Shown here piece by piece: positions 10,464 through 20,836 of a stretch of 64,000 nucleotides of DNA. Source of the DNA: Nitrobacter sp. 62-23. GTDB taxonomy: Bacteria > Pseudomonadota > Alphaproteobacteria > Rhizobiales > Xanthobacteraceae. Every line of letters starts with the position of its first letter. Positions within the stretch are counted from its first letter, which is position 1. A model generated the notes under the pieces. The model was not told where the DNA came from and made no database searches. It saw only the letters and a program-made list of their open reading frames with translations. A program made the position numbers and the translations under genes. Where the stretch lies: positions 12,675 through 76,674 of the forward strand of contig NZ_MKSM01000123.1 in NCBI RefSeq assembly GCF_001897285.1, given 5' to 3'.

Positions 10464-10767
10464 GGCAGTCTCTCTCCGCCGTTCGTCCCGCCGGTTTTCC
10501 ACTCCTTATCATGGTCAAGAGCCATTGCAATTTAGTTCATGGCGGCAACCGCCAGATTACGATCGATTCACCATGACGGTTGTCGCAGAAGCATCAATGC
10601 GGCAAGTTCGCTGCGTCCCGAAATCCGAAATCCGCCGGTTCATGATTAAAATCCGTGATTCGCGTGCGATTTCAGGGCGGAAAGTTTCCCGTTGAATTGG
10701 GGACGGCGGGAACTTTTGGAATCACCGCACCGGAAATCCCGCAATTTTCAAGATCGGAAACCATGCC

Positions 10768-12201
10768 ATGACAATGACGCGCCGCGATGTCCTGCTGGCG
10801 TTCGCCGCGCTCGCCGCAGGAGCTGAATACCGCTCGGCGGGCGCGGCATCGCTGCCGCGCGGGGCCGACGTGGTTGTAATCGGCGCGGGCGCCGCGGGCA
10901 TCGCGGCGGCGCGGCGAATTCAGGCCGCGAACCGCAAGGTGGTCGTGGTCGAGGCGGCGGAGCGGATCGGCGGACGCTGCCATACCGATCTGACGACTTT
11001 CGATACGCCGTTCGATCGCGGCGCGCGCTGGCTTTTCGAGCCCGACACCAATTCGGTGGCAAGGCTGGCGCGAGGCGCAGGAACCGCGGTTTTTCCCGCT
11101 CCACCCGGCCAGAAAATCCGTATCGGGCGGCGCAACGCGCGCGCCGGCGAAACCGAACGGTTCCTTGCAACGCTGGTGCGCGCCAGGCGCGCCATCGCGG
11201 ACGCTGCGCGCGGCAGGGCCGACCTCTCCTGCGCCGCCGCCATGCCTGGCGATCTCGATGTCTGGGCCGCGACGATCGACTTCGTGCTCGGCGCCAGCGC
11301 GACCGGAAAGGATCTGAAAGACCTCTCGGCGATGGATCGCGCGCGCGCGCCCCAGCGCCGCGCCGCGATCGGCTGCAAGCAGGGCCTCGGCGCGCTGCTC
11401 ACGACGCTCAGCCAAGGTCTGCCGATCAGCCTGTCGACGCCGGCGGCCCGGATCATCTGGACCGGCCGCGATGTCGGAGTCGAGACGCCCGCGGGCCGCA
11501 TCGGCGCGCGCGCCGTCATCGTCACCGTCTCCACCAACGTACTGGCTTCGGGCGATATCCGCTTCACGCCTGATCTGCCGAAGCGCCAGCTCGATGCCGC
11601 TGCAAAACTGTCGCTCGGCAGCTACGACCGCATCGCGCTGTGGCTGCCAGGCAATCCTCTCGGGCTCGGGCACAACGAAACCATGATCGAACAGAGCAGC
11701 GACCGGACGACCGCGCTGCTCACCGCGAACGCCAACGGATCGTCGCTGTGCACGGTTGACATCGCGGGCAGCTTCGGCCGCGATCTCTCGGCGCAGGGCG
11801 AGGCTGCAATGCTCGCATTCGCCACGGAATGGCTGACGAAACTGTTCGGCAGCGATGCGGCGGCGACGATAAAGCGGTCGGCCGTCACCCGCTGGAACGC
11901 GGCGCCCCATGTGCTCGGCGCCATGTCGGCGGCGGAAGTCGGCGGGCAGCCGTCGCGGAAAATCCTGGTCGAGCCGCTGGGCAGCCTGTTCTTCGCCGGC
12001 GAGGCCACTCACGAGACGCTGTGGGGCAGCGTCGACGGCGCATGGGAGAGCGGCGAACGGGCGGCCGATGCCGCGCTCCGCAAGATCGGCGCGCTCAGGG
12101 AGCCTGAACAGCCAGCGGCGGCAACGCGCAAACCGTCGCGGCATCACAGGCGGTCGCCGTCGCGGCATCCGCGAGACGCCTTCGGCTTTCCGCAGCCATG
12201 A
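10768..12201 (+). CDS. Flavin monoamine oxidase-family FAD oxidoreductase with Tat-type signal
   Basis: TRRDVLL twin-arginine; VIGAGAAG, RIGGR, FFAGEAT, GAWESG. Confidence 0.85.
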   Translation: MTMTRRDVLLAFAALAAGAEYRSAGAASLPRGADVVVIGAGAAGIAAARRIQAANRKVVVVEAAERIGGRCHTDLTTFDTPFDRGARWLFEPDTNSVARLARGAGTAVFPAPPGQKIRIGRRNARAGETERFLATLVRARRAIADAARGRADLSCAAAMPGDLDVWAATIDFVLGASATGKDLKDLSAMDRARAPQRRAAIGCKQGLGALLTTLSQGLPISLSTPAARIIWTGRDVGVETPAGRIGARAVIVTVSTNVLASGDIRFTPDLPKRQLDAAAKLSLGSYDRIALWLPGNPLGLGHNETMIEQSSDRTTALLTANANGSSLCTVDIAGSFGRDLSAQGEAAMLAFATEWLTKLFGSDAAATIKRSAVTRWNAAPHVLGAMSAAEVGGQPSRKILVEPLGSLFFAGEATHETLWGSVDGAWESGERAADAALRKIGALREPEQPAAATRKPSRHHRRSPSRHPRDAFGFPQP

Positions 12202-12869
12202 CGATGCGACCAAGGGCGCTGATCTCGTGGTCATCAGGCAAGGACAGCGCCTTTGCCCTGCATGAGGTCCGCAGGGCCGGCGCGTTCGACGTCGTCGGCG
12301 CGCTGACCACGGTGAACGAGACCTTCGGCCGCGTCTCGATCCATGGCGTGCGCGAAGACGTTCTGCACGCTCAACTGGCAGCCGCAGGGTTGCCGCCGCA
12401 CGTGGTGCCGATACCCTGTCCCTGCTCCAACGAGGCGTATGAAGCGCGGATGGAAACCGCGATGGCGGACGCAAGGCGGAACGGCATCACGCACGTCATT
12501 TTCGGCGATCTGTTTCTCGCGGACATTCGCGCCTATCGTGAGCAGAAGCTCGCCGGCACCGGCGTTGCGCCGGTTTTTCCGCTGTGGGGCCGGCCGACCC
12601 CGGCGCTTGCCCACGCGATGATCGCAAGCGGGCTGGAAGCGCGTCTCGTCTCGATCGAGCGGGCGAAGCTCGACCTCTCGTTTGCCGGCCGCAGCTTCGA
12701 TCAGGCGTTGCTGGCGGACCTTCCGGCTGGGATCGATCCGTGCGGCGAGAACGGCGAATTCCACACCTGCGTCATCGCGGGTCCGATGTTTTCTCATCGG
12801 ATCGAGATCGCGTCCGGCGATGTCGTCGAGCGTGACGGGTTCGCCTATTGCGATTTGTTGCCGGCGTAA
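12198..12869 (+). CDS. DUF71/diphthine-ammonia ligase-like PP-loop ATPase
   Basis: SWSSGKDS, FGDLFL, IDPCGENGEFHT. Confidence 0.85.
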   Translation: MTMRPRALISWSSGKDSAFALHEVRRAGAFDVVGALTTVNETFGRVSIHGVREDVLHAQLAAAGLPPHVVPIPCPCSNEAYEARMETAMADARRNGITHVIFGDLFLADIRAYREQKLAGTGVAPVFPLWGRPTPALAHAMIASGLEARLVSIERAKLDLSFAGRSFDQALLADLPAGIDPCGENGEFHTCVIAGPMFSHRIEIASGDVVERDGFAYCDLLPA

Positions 12870-12884
12870 TCGCGAGACACTTTT

Positions 12885-12916
12885 TATGCTTGGCCATAAG
12901 TATGCTTGGCCATTAG
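12885..12916. repeat. 16-bp tandem duplication
   Basis: tatgcttggccataag then tatgcttggccattag. Confidence 0.85.
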
Positions 12917-12918
12917 CA

Positions 12919-13020
12919 CGAGGCCTTTCCGCTTCCGATAGAATCAGAAGCGGAACTCCATATTTTTGATTGACGCGTTTTCTTGACGCGAACCGGTAGC
13001 CACTTCGCTTGAAAACGCTA
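12919..13020 (-). mobile_element. TAG-bounded mini-element; terminal TAG is the dnaQ stop
   Basis: Reverse complement tagcgttttcaagcgaagtggctaccggttcgcgtcaagaaaacgcgtcaatcaaaa plus a ttccgcttc.gat/atc.gaagcggaa hairpin. Confidence 0.75.
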
Positions 13021-13743
13021 AGTCTGGTCCGAAACTCGTTGCTCCAAAACCTCGGTTCCGATGAATTCCATCCAGATTGCCTTCTCGCCGAGCGTCGCGA
13101 TGAAATCGCGATGCGCGATGCGGTCGGCATCGGTTACGCGCGGCGCCAGCGGCGCAGGGCGCTGACGTCTCGGCATATCGAGTGTTCCACCGCTCTGGCG
13201 GGACACGGATTCCACCAGGATCAATTGCGACTGCCGGGCGCCGATCAGATCGATATAGACTTCCGCGAGCAGTTCCGCGTCGAGCAACGCCCCGTGTTTG
13301 GTCCGGCGACTGTTGTCGATGGCGTAACGCGAGCAGAGATCGTCGAGCCGGTTCGACACGCCCGGATGTTTCCGTCGCGCCAGCAGCAGCGTATCCACCA
13401 GCCGGTCCCGCCCGATTGCCTGTCGTTTGAGGCGATCGAGTTCCGCATTGATGAAGCCGATATCGAACGAGGCGTTGTGGATGACGAGCGGCGCGTCGCC
13501 GACGAAGTCCAGAAACTCATCCACGATCTGCGCAAATAGCGGCTTGTCGGCAAGAAATTCGCTCGACAGGCCATGCACCGCGAATGCTTCCTGCGGCATG
13601 TCGCGTTCCGGATTGATGTAACGATGGAACGTCTGCCCCGTCGGCATGCGATTGAAGATTTCAACACACCCGATCTCGACCAGGCGATCGCCGCGCAGCG
13701 GATCGAGGCCGGTTGTTTCCGTGTCAAGAACGATTTCGCGCAT
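13018..13743 (-). CDS. dnaQ: DNA polymerase III epsilon
   Basis: MREIVLDTETTG, HNASFDIGF, HGALLDAELLAEVY. Confidence 0.96.
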   Translation of the reverse strand: MREIVLDTETTGLDPLRGDRLVEIGCVEIFNRMPTGQTFHRYINPERDMPQEAFAVHGLSSEFLADKPLFAQIVDEFLDFVGDAPLVIHNASFDIGFINAELDRLKRQAIGRDRLVDTLLLARRKHPGVSNRLDDLCSRYAIDNSRRTKHGALLDAELLAEVYIDLIGARQSQLILVESVSRQSGGTLDMPRRQRPAPLAPRVTDADRIAHRDFIATLGEKAIWMEFIGTEVLEQRVSDQT

Positions 13744-13762
13744 AATTCCTTTGACTCGCGAA

Positions 13763-14362
13763 TCAGGGACGCCGCCGCGGCATTTTAGCAGCCTGCGCCA
13801 GAATTTCCCGGATGCGCTCGCGCACATGGTCGATACCATGCGAGGTGTCCACTACGAAATCCGCCCGGCTGCGCTTTTCAGCGTCGGGTAACTGCCGGGC
13901 CAGAATCGTCGTCAGTTTGTCGTCCGTCATGTTGTCTCTCGCCAGGATGCGCTCGCGTTGAATAGCCGGCGTCGTGGTGACGACGACGACCGCATCGACA
14001 TGCTTCTCGCCGCCGGTTTCGAACAGCAGCGGAACATCCACCACCGCCACATCGGCCCCCCATCGCTCGGCCCGGTCGAGAAACGCCTGACGATAGGCGT
14101 GCAGCATCGGATGCACGATCTGCTCGAGCCGCGTCATGGCTGCAGCGTCGTGGACCACCCTCGCCGACAACTTCTCGCGGTCGACCTTGCCATCGACGGT
14201 GGTTCCGGGAAACGCCGCTTCGATAACCGGTGCCGCCTCCCCTTCGTAAATTTTGTGAACGGTCGCATCGGCATCGTAAACCGGCACCCCGGCTTCCGAA
14301 AAAAGCTTGGCGGTGGTCGATTTCCCCATTCCGATCGATCCGGTCAGCCCGAGCACCCGCAT
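13763..14362 (-). CDS. coaE: Dephospho-CoA kinase
   Basis: LGLTGSIGMGKST, DVPLLFETG, KRSRADFVVDT. Confidence 0.95.
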   Translation of the reverse strand: MRVLGLTGSIGMGKSTTAKLFSEAGVPVYDADATVHKIYEGEAAPVIEAAFPGTTVDGKVDREKLSARVVHDAAAMTRLEQIVHPMLHAYRQAFLDRAERWGADVAVVDVPLLFETGGEKHVDAVVVVTTTPAIQRERILARDNMTDDKLTTILARQLPDAEKRSRADFVVDTSHGIDHVRERIREILAQAAKMPRRRP

Positions 14363-14378
14363 ATGCAAACATCCGACG

Positions 14379-14990
14379 TCACAACGACAGCAAACCCTGA
14401 CCGCGCAGAAAAGCGAGCAGCGGCAACAGCGGCAAGCCCAGAATGGTGAAATGATCGCCGTCGATCCGGCTGAACAGGTGGACGCCCAGCTTCTCAAGCT
14501 GATAGGCGCCGACGCTTGCGGTGGCCGCATCGCCAGCCGCATTCAGATAGGCCTCGATCGCCTCCTCGCTCAGCTCCCGCATCGTCATGCGGGCGGCCGA
14601 TACGTTCTCAAAGAGCAACCTGCCGTCGCGCACGATCGCGATACCGGCGTGCAGCGTGTGAGTCCGGCCGGATAGCGCGCGAAGGTGTTCGGCAGCCCCC
14701 GCGCGGCCAGCCGGCTTGTTGAACAGGCGGTCCTCGCATTCAAGCGTCTGATCGGCTCCGATGACGTAGCGGCCGGCCGAGCGCGACGACACCTCGCGGG
14801 CTTTTTCGCAAGCCAGGCGAACGGCGATTTCATCACCTCTGGCGAGGCCTGAGCTTCGCTGAATGGCCCGCTCGTCGATCGCGGCTGGAACGGTCTCGAA
14901 TGACAGGCCGGCATTTGCGAGCAATGCCTGGCGAACCTGGCTTCGCGATGCCAGGATCAGGGGATTCGATCCACGCCAGACCGTCGTCAC
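14379..14990 (-). CDS. maf: Maf family nucleotide pyrophosphatase
   Basis: LILASRS..R, VIGADQ, LSGRTH, VGAYQLE, ILGLPLL. Confidence 0.92.
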   Translation of the reverse strand: MTTVWRGSNPLILASRSQVRQALLANAGLSFETVPAAIDERAIQRSSGLARGDEIAVRLACEKAREVSSRSAGRYVIGADQTLECEDRLFNKPAGRAGAAEHLRALSGRTHTLHAGIAIVRDGRLLFENVSAARMTMRELSEEAIEAYLNAAGDAATASVGAYQLEKLGVHLFSRIDGDHFTILGLPLLPLLAFLRGQGLLSL

Positions 14991-15838
14991 CGGCCGTGTT
15001 CCGACTGCCGCTGCCGTTGGCGATCCGCAAACAACTTCATGATCGCTGCAGCGGTCTCTTCAATCGACCGGCGCGTGACGTCCAGTTGGACCCAGTCGTG
15101 CTTCACGCTGAGGCGGCGGGCGTAGGTCACTTCTTCGGTCACCGACTGGCGATCGATATAACTCTCGTTGCCGGCGCCCGACCCGATGCTCAACAGCCGG
15201 TTCTGACGGACCTGGATGAGCCGCTCGGGCACCGCATGAAGGCTGACGATCAACGGCTTCTTCAGAGTTTCCAGTTGATGGGGAATAGCGATGCCTGGCA
15301 CCAGCGGCACGTTCGCCGTGCGGATGCCGCGGTTGGCAAGATAGACCGACGTCGGCGTTTTCGACGTGCGCGACACGCCGACCAGCACGACGTCGGCTTC
15401 CTCCAGACCTTCGACATGCTGTCCGTCGTCATGCATCATGGTGTAGTTCAAGGCGTCGATGCGCCTGAAATAATCCGCGTTCAGCGTGTGCTGCGCGCCG
15501 ACCCGGCCGATCGTGGAAGCGCCGAGATAGGCCTGAAACAACTGCATCACCGGGCCGATAATCGAAAGGCTCGGGCTGTTGATCTCCTGGCACTTGGCTT
15601 CGAGACGCTCCACCAGATCCTTTTCCAAAAGCGTGAACAGAACGATCCCCGGCGCTTCCTCGATTTCCGCAAGAACGCGGTCGAGCTGCTTCTGGCTGCG
15701 CACCAAGGGATAGACATGTTCCACCGGCGTGAGGTTGGCATATTGGGCGGCGACGGCGCGCGACACCGTGATCAGCGTCTCGCCGGTCGAATCGGACACC
15801 AGATGAAGATGAAAATTGCTGCCGGTGATGGGCGCCAT
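14987..15838 (-). CDS. PEP synthase/pyruvate phosphate dikinase regulatory protein (DUF299)
   Basis: [40 protein letters not shown]. Confidence 0.93.
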   Translation of the reverse strand: MAPITGSNFHLHLVSDSTGETLITVSRAVAAQYANLTPVEHVYPLVRSQKQLDRVLAEIEEAPGIVLFTLLEKDLVERLEAKCQEINSPSLSIIGPVMQLFQAYLGASTIGRVGAQHTLNADYFRRIDALNYTMMHDDGQHVEGLEEADVVLVGVSRTSKTPTSVYLANRGIRTANVPLVPGIAIPHQLETLKKPLIVSLHAVPERLIQVRQNRLLSIGSGAGNESYIDRQSVTEEVTYARRLSVKHDWVQLDVTRRSIEETAAAIMKLFADRQRQRQSEHGR

Positions 15839-16305
15839 GACCCCTGAATACCCTGTGCATCGCTGTGGAGTTCAATCCCCGATACGGCTCATCCGGCAAG
15901 GACCGCGGGATAACCGGTGATTTTGCTCACAGGCCTCACGGCAGGGATAACTCCGTCGATCGCGGGCAATGATAATGAGACTGTGTGGAATTGTCTCTGG
16001 GTAATTGCGGGCCAGCGACGCGTAAGTGTTTGCGCCGCTAACGATCTTTCGGATACGCGGCCGAGCGAGTATAAATTCAGGGATGTTGTGAAGAAGCCTT
16101 TGAAAGAGCCGGGACAGAATTGCGCCCGCCAAATTCACGGTCACTTAGACTCAAACCTTAAGAATCTTAAAAGTAATTTTTAGAAAAGAGTCGCTTGCGG
16201 AGATCGTCCCGATCGGGTCTCTATCCGTCGCCGGAATAACCCTGATGCCGGCTGTATGTTCCGACAGATCGACAACCCGTCGGGCCATTCCGAGCGAGAA
16301 GACCG
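15839..16305. other. Candidate chromosomal replication origin
   Basis: Divergent intergenic gap; 16141-16190 only 13/50 G+C; three GANTC in 45 bp; degenerate DnaA-box-like words; neighbouring genes point away from it; parS/parAB 6-11 kb away. Confidence 0.6.
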
Positions 16306-16725
16306 ATGTACGAATGGATCAAGGCATTTCATGTGATTGCGGTCATTTCCTGGATGGCCGGGATGCTCTATTTGCCGCGATTGTTCGTTTATCACTGCGA
16401 GGCCGAGATCGGCTCGAAACAGTCCGAGACCTTCAAGGTGATGGAGCGGCGACTCTTCAAGGCGATCATCAACCCCGCGATGATGGTGGCATGGGGGCTC
16501 GGGCTTTATATGATGTGGGTGCATCAGTGGTATCTGGCGGGTTGGTTTCAGGGGAAGCTGGCGCTGGTGATCCTGATGTCCGGCATTCATGGCTATTTCG
16601 CTCGCCGCGTGCGGGATTTCGCCGCCGACCGGAATGTGATGAGTCAAAGATTCTATCGTATTATCAATGAGGTGGTTACGGCTCTCATGGTCGGTATTGT
16701 CATACTGGTCATCGTCAAGCCTTAA
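16306..16725 (+). CDS. hemJ: Protoporphyrinogen oxidase HemJ
   Basis: KAFHVIAVISWMAGMLYLPRLFVYH, MERRL, INEV, VIVKP. Confidence 0.95.
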   Translation: MYEWIKAFHVIAVISWMAGMLYLPRLFVYHCEAEIGSKQSETFKVMERRLFKAIINPAMMVAWGLGLYMMWVHQWYLAGWFQGKLALVILMSGIHGYFARRVRDFAADRNVMSQRFYRIINEVVTALMVGIVILVIVKP

Positions 16726-16912
16726 AACCTCTCCAGCGGGAAGGCGCAGGGGGATCGGTCGGCTGGAAGAATAGGTCTATCAATAGCTTGCGTGCCGTCT
16801 GTCGTCACCCGCATCCGCTTTGGTGACCGCCGCAGGACGGATGGGCAAGACGCGGCTGGGAGCTGGCTCCGGGGCGTCAAGCTGCGTGAAGACGTCAACC
16901 TGTGACAGAAGA

Positions 16913-17018
16913 CTATAGCGTTTTCGAGCGAAGTGGAATCCGGTTCGCGTGAAGAAAACGCGTCAAATCAAGAGCCTAGAGCCTTTCACTGTTTCCATGA
17001 AACGGTGAAAGACTCTAG
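16913..17018 (+). mobile_element. TAG-bounded mini-element (two modules)
   Basis: ctatagcgttttcgagcgaagtgg..ccggttcgcgtgaagaaaacgcgtcaaatcaagagc + ctagag.ctttcac.gtttc.atgaaac.gtgaaagactctag. Confidence 0.8.
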
Positions 17019-17029
17019 TGCACCCCTCC

Positions 17030-17058
17030 TTGCACGAAAGCCGTCAATTTTCTATATT
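17030..17058 (+). promoter_or_regulatory. Sigma70-type promoter for rho
   Basis: TTGCAC-N17-TATATT. Confidence 0.65.
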
Positions 17059-17265
17059 GTGAGTTATCCCACCCCAAGCAGGCGGATGTGGTTGCGTTCC
17101 GGTTTCGTTGTTGAGCCGGCCGCCACGCCAGATTTGAAGCCTTTCGGCATCTTCCTCGCTCAAGGTTTTTTCACGGTCAGGATCTGCGGACTTTCCTTTC
17201 AGCCGTCTGCATCTTCATGAACCCGCCTGATCACCTCCTCAAAGCGTTCCACAGGACCCTCCCAA

Positions 17266-18531
17266 ATGCGGGAAATGAAACTTCAGGACCTCAAGGCCAA
17301 GACGCCAGCCGAACTCGTCTCGTTTGCAGAAGAGCTTGGGGTCGAAAATGCCAGCACCATGCGCAAGCAGGAGCTGATGTTCGCCATTCTCAAGCAACTG
17401 GCGATTCAGGAAATCGACATCATCGGCGAAGGCGTGGTCGAGGTTCTTTCCGACGGCTTCGGTTTTCTGCGCTCGCCGGACGCTAACTATCTGCCGGGTC
17501 CGGACGATATCTACGTCTCGCCGTCGCAGATCCGCCGCTTCGGCCTGCGAACCGGCGATACCATCGAAGGTCACATCCGAAGCCCGAAGGAAGGCGAGCG
17601 TTACTTCGCGTTGTTGAAGGTCAACACGCTCAATTTCGAGGACCCCGAGAAGTCCAAGCACAAGGTCAACTTCGATAACCTGACGCCGCTGTTCCCGGAT
17701 CAGCGGTTTCGGCTCGAACTGGAGGACTCAACCCGCAAGGACCTGTCGGCGCGGGTCATTGATATCGTCGCTCCGATCGGCAAGGGACAGCGTGCTCTGA
17801 TCGTGGCGCCGCCGCGCACCGGCAAGACCGTGCTGATGCAGAATATCGCGCACTCCATTACCGCCAATCATCCCGAATGCTATCTGATCGTTCTTTTGAT
17901 CGACGAGCGTCCGGAAGAAGTCACCGACATGCAGCGCTCGGTGAAGGGCGAGGTCGTGTCCTCGACGTTCGACGAGCCGGCTGTGCGCCACGTCCAGGTC
18001 GCGGAGATGGTGATCGAAAAGGCCAAGCGGCTGGTCGAACATGGCCGGGACGTCGTGATCCTGCTGGATTCGATCACGCGCCTGGGCCGCGCCTACAACA
18101 CCGTGGTGCCATCATCTGGCAAGGTGCTGACCGGCGGCGTCGATGCCAATGCCTTGCAGCGGCCGAAGCGGTTCTTCGGCGCAGCACGCAACATCGAGGA
18201 AGGCGGCTCGCTGACCATCATCGCCACTGCGCTGGTGGACACCGGCAGCCGCATGGACGAGGTGATCTTCGAGGAGTTCAAGGGCACCGGCAACTCGGAA
18301 CTGATCCTCGACCGCAAGGTCGCCGACAAGCGCACCTTCCCGGCGATCGACATCGCGCGCTCCGGCACGCGCAAGGAAGAATTGATCACCGATCCGCAAC
18401 TGCTCAAGAAGATGTACGTGTTGCGGCGCATTCTCAACCCGATGGGCACCATGGATGCGATCGAGTTCCTGCTCGACAAGCTGCGCAACACCAAGAACAA
18501 CTCTGAATTCTTCGAGTCGATGAATACCTAA
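17266..18531 (+). CDS. rho: Transcription termination factor Rho
   Basis: [46 protein letters not shown]. Confidence 0.98.
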   Translation: MREMKLQDLKAKTPAELVSFAEELGVENASTMRKQELMFAILKQLAIQEIDIIGEGVVEVLSDGFGFLRSPDANYLPGPDDIYVSPSQIRRFGLRTGDTIEGHIRSPKEGERYFALLKVNTLNFEDPEKSKHKVNFDNLTPLFPDQRFRLELEDSTRKDLSARVIDIVAPIGKGQRALIVAPPRTGKTVLMQNIAHSITANHPECYLIVLLIDERPEEVTDMQRSVKGEVVSSTFDEPAVRHVQVAEMVIEKAKRLVEHGRDVVILLDSITRLGRAYNTVVPSSGKVLTGGVDANALQRPKRFFGAARNIEEGGSLTIIATALVDTGSRMDEVIFEEFKGTGNSELILDRKVADKRTFPAIDIARSGTRKEELITDPQLLKKMYVLRRILNPMGTMDAIEFLLDKLRNTKNNSEFFESMNT

Positions 18532-18548
18532 TATCGCCGCGTTCTTGT

Positions 18549-18634
18549 CGTCATGGCCGGGCGCAGCCATTCGGATGGCTTCGCTTCGCTTGCCTATTTA
18601 GACGTGGCTGCACGCGACGGGCCCAAGAATGACG
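18549..18634. repeat. Degenerate GTCA-type REP pair between convergent rho and yyaL
   Basis: cgtcatggccgggc ... gaatgacg. Confidence 0.5.
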
Positions 18635-18682
18635 CATTGAACGACGGCGGGTTATAGATCTCTGTTTCGCGGGACGATGCTG

Positions 18683-20731
18683 CTACGCGGACACTCGTTG
18701 CTTCACAAGATCGATCAAAGCTTCCGGCGTCGTCACGGGCAGCGAGCAGCTCTGGTTGCGGCAGACAAAGACTGCGGCGCCCTGCACGGAATCCGCCTTG
18801 GCGCGCGCCGGATGATCAGGCGGCAGCGCATCGGCACGCGGCGCATGCAGCACGATGTTTGTGGCGTGCGGCAGTTTTCGTGCGACGCTGAGCAGCGCGT
18901 CGGCTTGCGCGCCCTCTCCGACCACGACGATTTCCGCGCCGGTGAGGCGGAGATCGAGCGCGTTCATGAGCGACAACTGGCCGAAGCCTGTCGCGGTCGC
19001 GTTCGGCAGCAAGGCGGCGAACAGCGCGTCGATGCGCTCGCGCCACTTTGTATCGCCGGTGAGCGCCGCGAGGCGCACCAGGTTTTGCGCGATCAGTCCG
19101 TCATGGTTGGGAATGGAGTCGTCGGCCGTCGAGTGCGGCCGCACGATCAGCCCTTCGGCGTCGTCGGCGGTGAGATAATAGCCGCCGTGCTCGACGTCGG
19201 CGTAATGTGTGTCCAGCATCGCCTGCCAGCACAGCGCCTGCTCGAGGAACGCGTTGTCGCCGGTTGCCTCGAACAGCGCGAGGGCTGCGCGTCCCATCGC
19301 GGCATAGTCGGAAGCGAGCGCCGGAATCAGCAGCCTGCCCTCGCGCCACGAATGACCGAGCCGCCCGTCGCGGGTCATCGCGGTCCGAACGAAGTCGTAC
19401 GCGGTACGCGCGGTTTGCAGCCAGTCCGCGACGTCGAAAGCGCGGGCCGCGTGAACGAGCGCGGCGATCATCAGGCCGTTCCAGTCGGCGAGCACCTTGT
19501 CGTCGAGGCCTGGACGGACGCGGCTCGCGCGGCGTGCCAACAGCTTTTCGCGCAATGCCCGTATGCGTGGACCATCGCTGTCGTCGAGGCCGGAACTCTT
19601 CAGGCGATTGGGAATGTTATGGCCTTCGAAGTTGCCCCTCGCCGTGATGTCGTATCGCGCGGCAAAATCGGCGGCGTCGGCCGCGCCGAGCACCTCTTCA
19701 ATCTCTTTTAGCGACCAAACGTAGAACTTGCCCTCCTCGCCTTCGGAGTCGGCGTCGAGCGAGGATGCAAAGCCGCCCTCGCCGGTCAGCATTTCCCGGC
19801 GAAGCCAATCGACGGTCTCGATCGCGCGTTCGCGGTACAGCGGATTGTGGCTGCGCGCATAGTCGAGCGCGAGCAGGTCGAGGATCTGCGCATTGTCGTA
19901 AAGCATCTTCTCGAAGTGCGGCACCAGCCACTTGTCGTCGACCGAATAGCGGGCATAGCCGCCGCCGAGATGATCATAGATGCCGCCCTGGCTCATCCGC
20001 GTCAGGGTCAGCGCGGTGGCGGCGAAGAAGCGCTCGTTGCCGGTGCGCGCGCCGGCGCGCCAGAGAAATTCCAGCACCGAACACTGTGGAAATTTCGGCG
20101 CGCCATGCAGGCCGCCATTCACCGGGTCGATCGAATGCGCGATCGAGGCCGCCGCGCTATCGAGTTCGGCAGGCCCGAGGTTCGCCGGATTGTCGGACCT
20201 TGCGCGCTCGGAGAGCCGCGCGAGCAGCGCGTCGCGGTTGTGCGCGATGCGGTCGGGCTTGTCGTGAAAAACCCGCGCCACTGATTGCAGGACGTCTGTG
20301 AATGCCGGGCGGCCGTAATCCGGCAGCTTTGGAAAATAGGTGCCGCCCCAGAACGGCGATCCGTCTGATGACAGGAACATCGTCAGCGGCCAGCCGCCCT
20401 GCTCGCCGAGGTGATGCAGCGCGGCCATATAGATCTGATCGATATCCGGACGCTCCTCGCGATCGACCTTGATGCAGACGAACAACTCGTTCATCACCGC
20501 GGCGACTTCGTCGTCCTCAAAACTCTCATGCGCCATGACGTGGCACCAGTGACAGGCGGCGTAGCCGATCGACAGCAGGATCGGACGGTTGGTCCGCTGC
20601 GCCTCGGCCAGCGCATCGGGTCCCCACGGCCACCAGTCGACAGGGTTGTGCTGGTGCTGCAGCAAGTAAGGACTTGTCTCCGCCGCGAGACGATTCGCGG
20701 GACGGCCGGAGCCGGCTGCGGCGTGATTCAT
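18683..20731 (-). CDS. YyaL/SSP411 thioredoxin-domain protein
   Basis: [45 protein letters not shown]. Confidence 0.93.
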   Translation of the reverse strand: MNHAAAGSGRPANRLAAETSPYLLQHQHNPVDWWPWGPDALAEAQRTNRPILLSIGYAACHWCHVMAHESFEDDEVAAVMNELFVCIKVDREERPDIDQIYMAALHHLGEQGGWPLTMFLSSDGSPFWGGTYFPKLPDYGRPAFTDVLQSVARVFHDKPDRIAHNRDALLARLSERARSDNPANLGPAELDSAAASIAHSIDPVNGGLHGAPKFPQCSVLEFLWRAGARTGNERFFAATALTLTRMSQGGIYDHLGGGYARYSVDDKWLVPHFEKMLYDNAQILDLLALDYARSHNPLYRERAIETVDWLRREMLTGEGGFASSLDADSEGEEGKFYVWSLKEIEEVLGAADAADFAARYDITARGNFEGHNIPNRLKSSGLDDSDGPRIRALREKLLARRASRVRPGLDDKVLADWNGLMIAALVHAARAFDVADWLQTARTAYDFVRTAMTRDGRLGHSWREGRLLIPALASDYAAMGRAALALFEATGDNAFLEQALCWQAMLDTHYADVEHGGYYLTADDAEGLIVRPHSTADDSIPNHDGLIAQNLVRLAALTGDTKWRERIDALFAALLPNATATGFGQLSLMNALDLRLTGAEIVVVGEGAQADALLSVARKLPHATNIVLHAPRADALPPDHPARAKADSVQGAAVFVCRNQSCSLPVTTPEALIDLVKQRVSA

Positions 20732-20836
20732 GGCGAGGCGTCCTTCTTTCGAATATGCGATAATGGAGTGGCAGCAAGGCTTTGCCGCTGTCGTCCGCGT
20801 CTGTTGTGTCGTCGAAGCCGGTTAAGACAATAAGCA

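Noticed and set aside
16158-16170. CtrA site in the candidate origin (ttaa-gaatc-ttaa)
   Set aside because: The spacer is 5 nt, not 7; only half sites can be supported.
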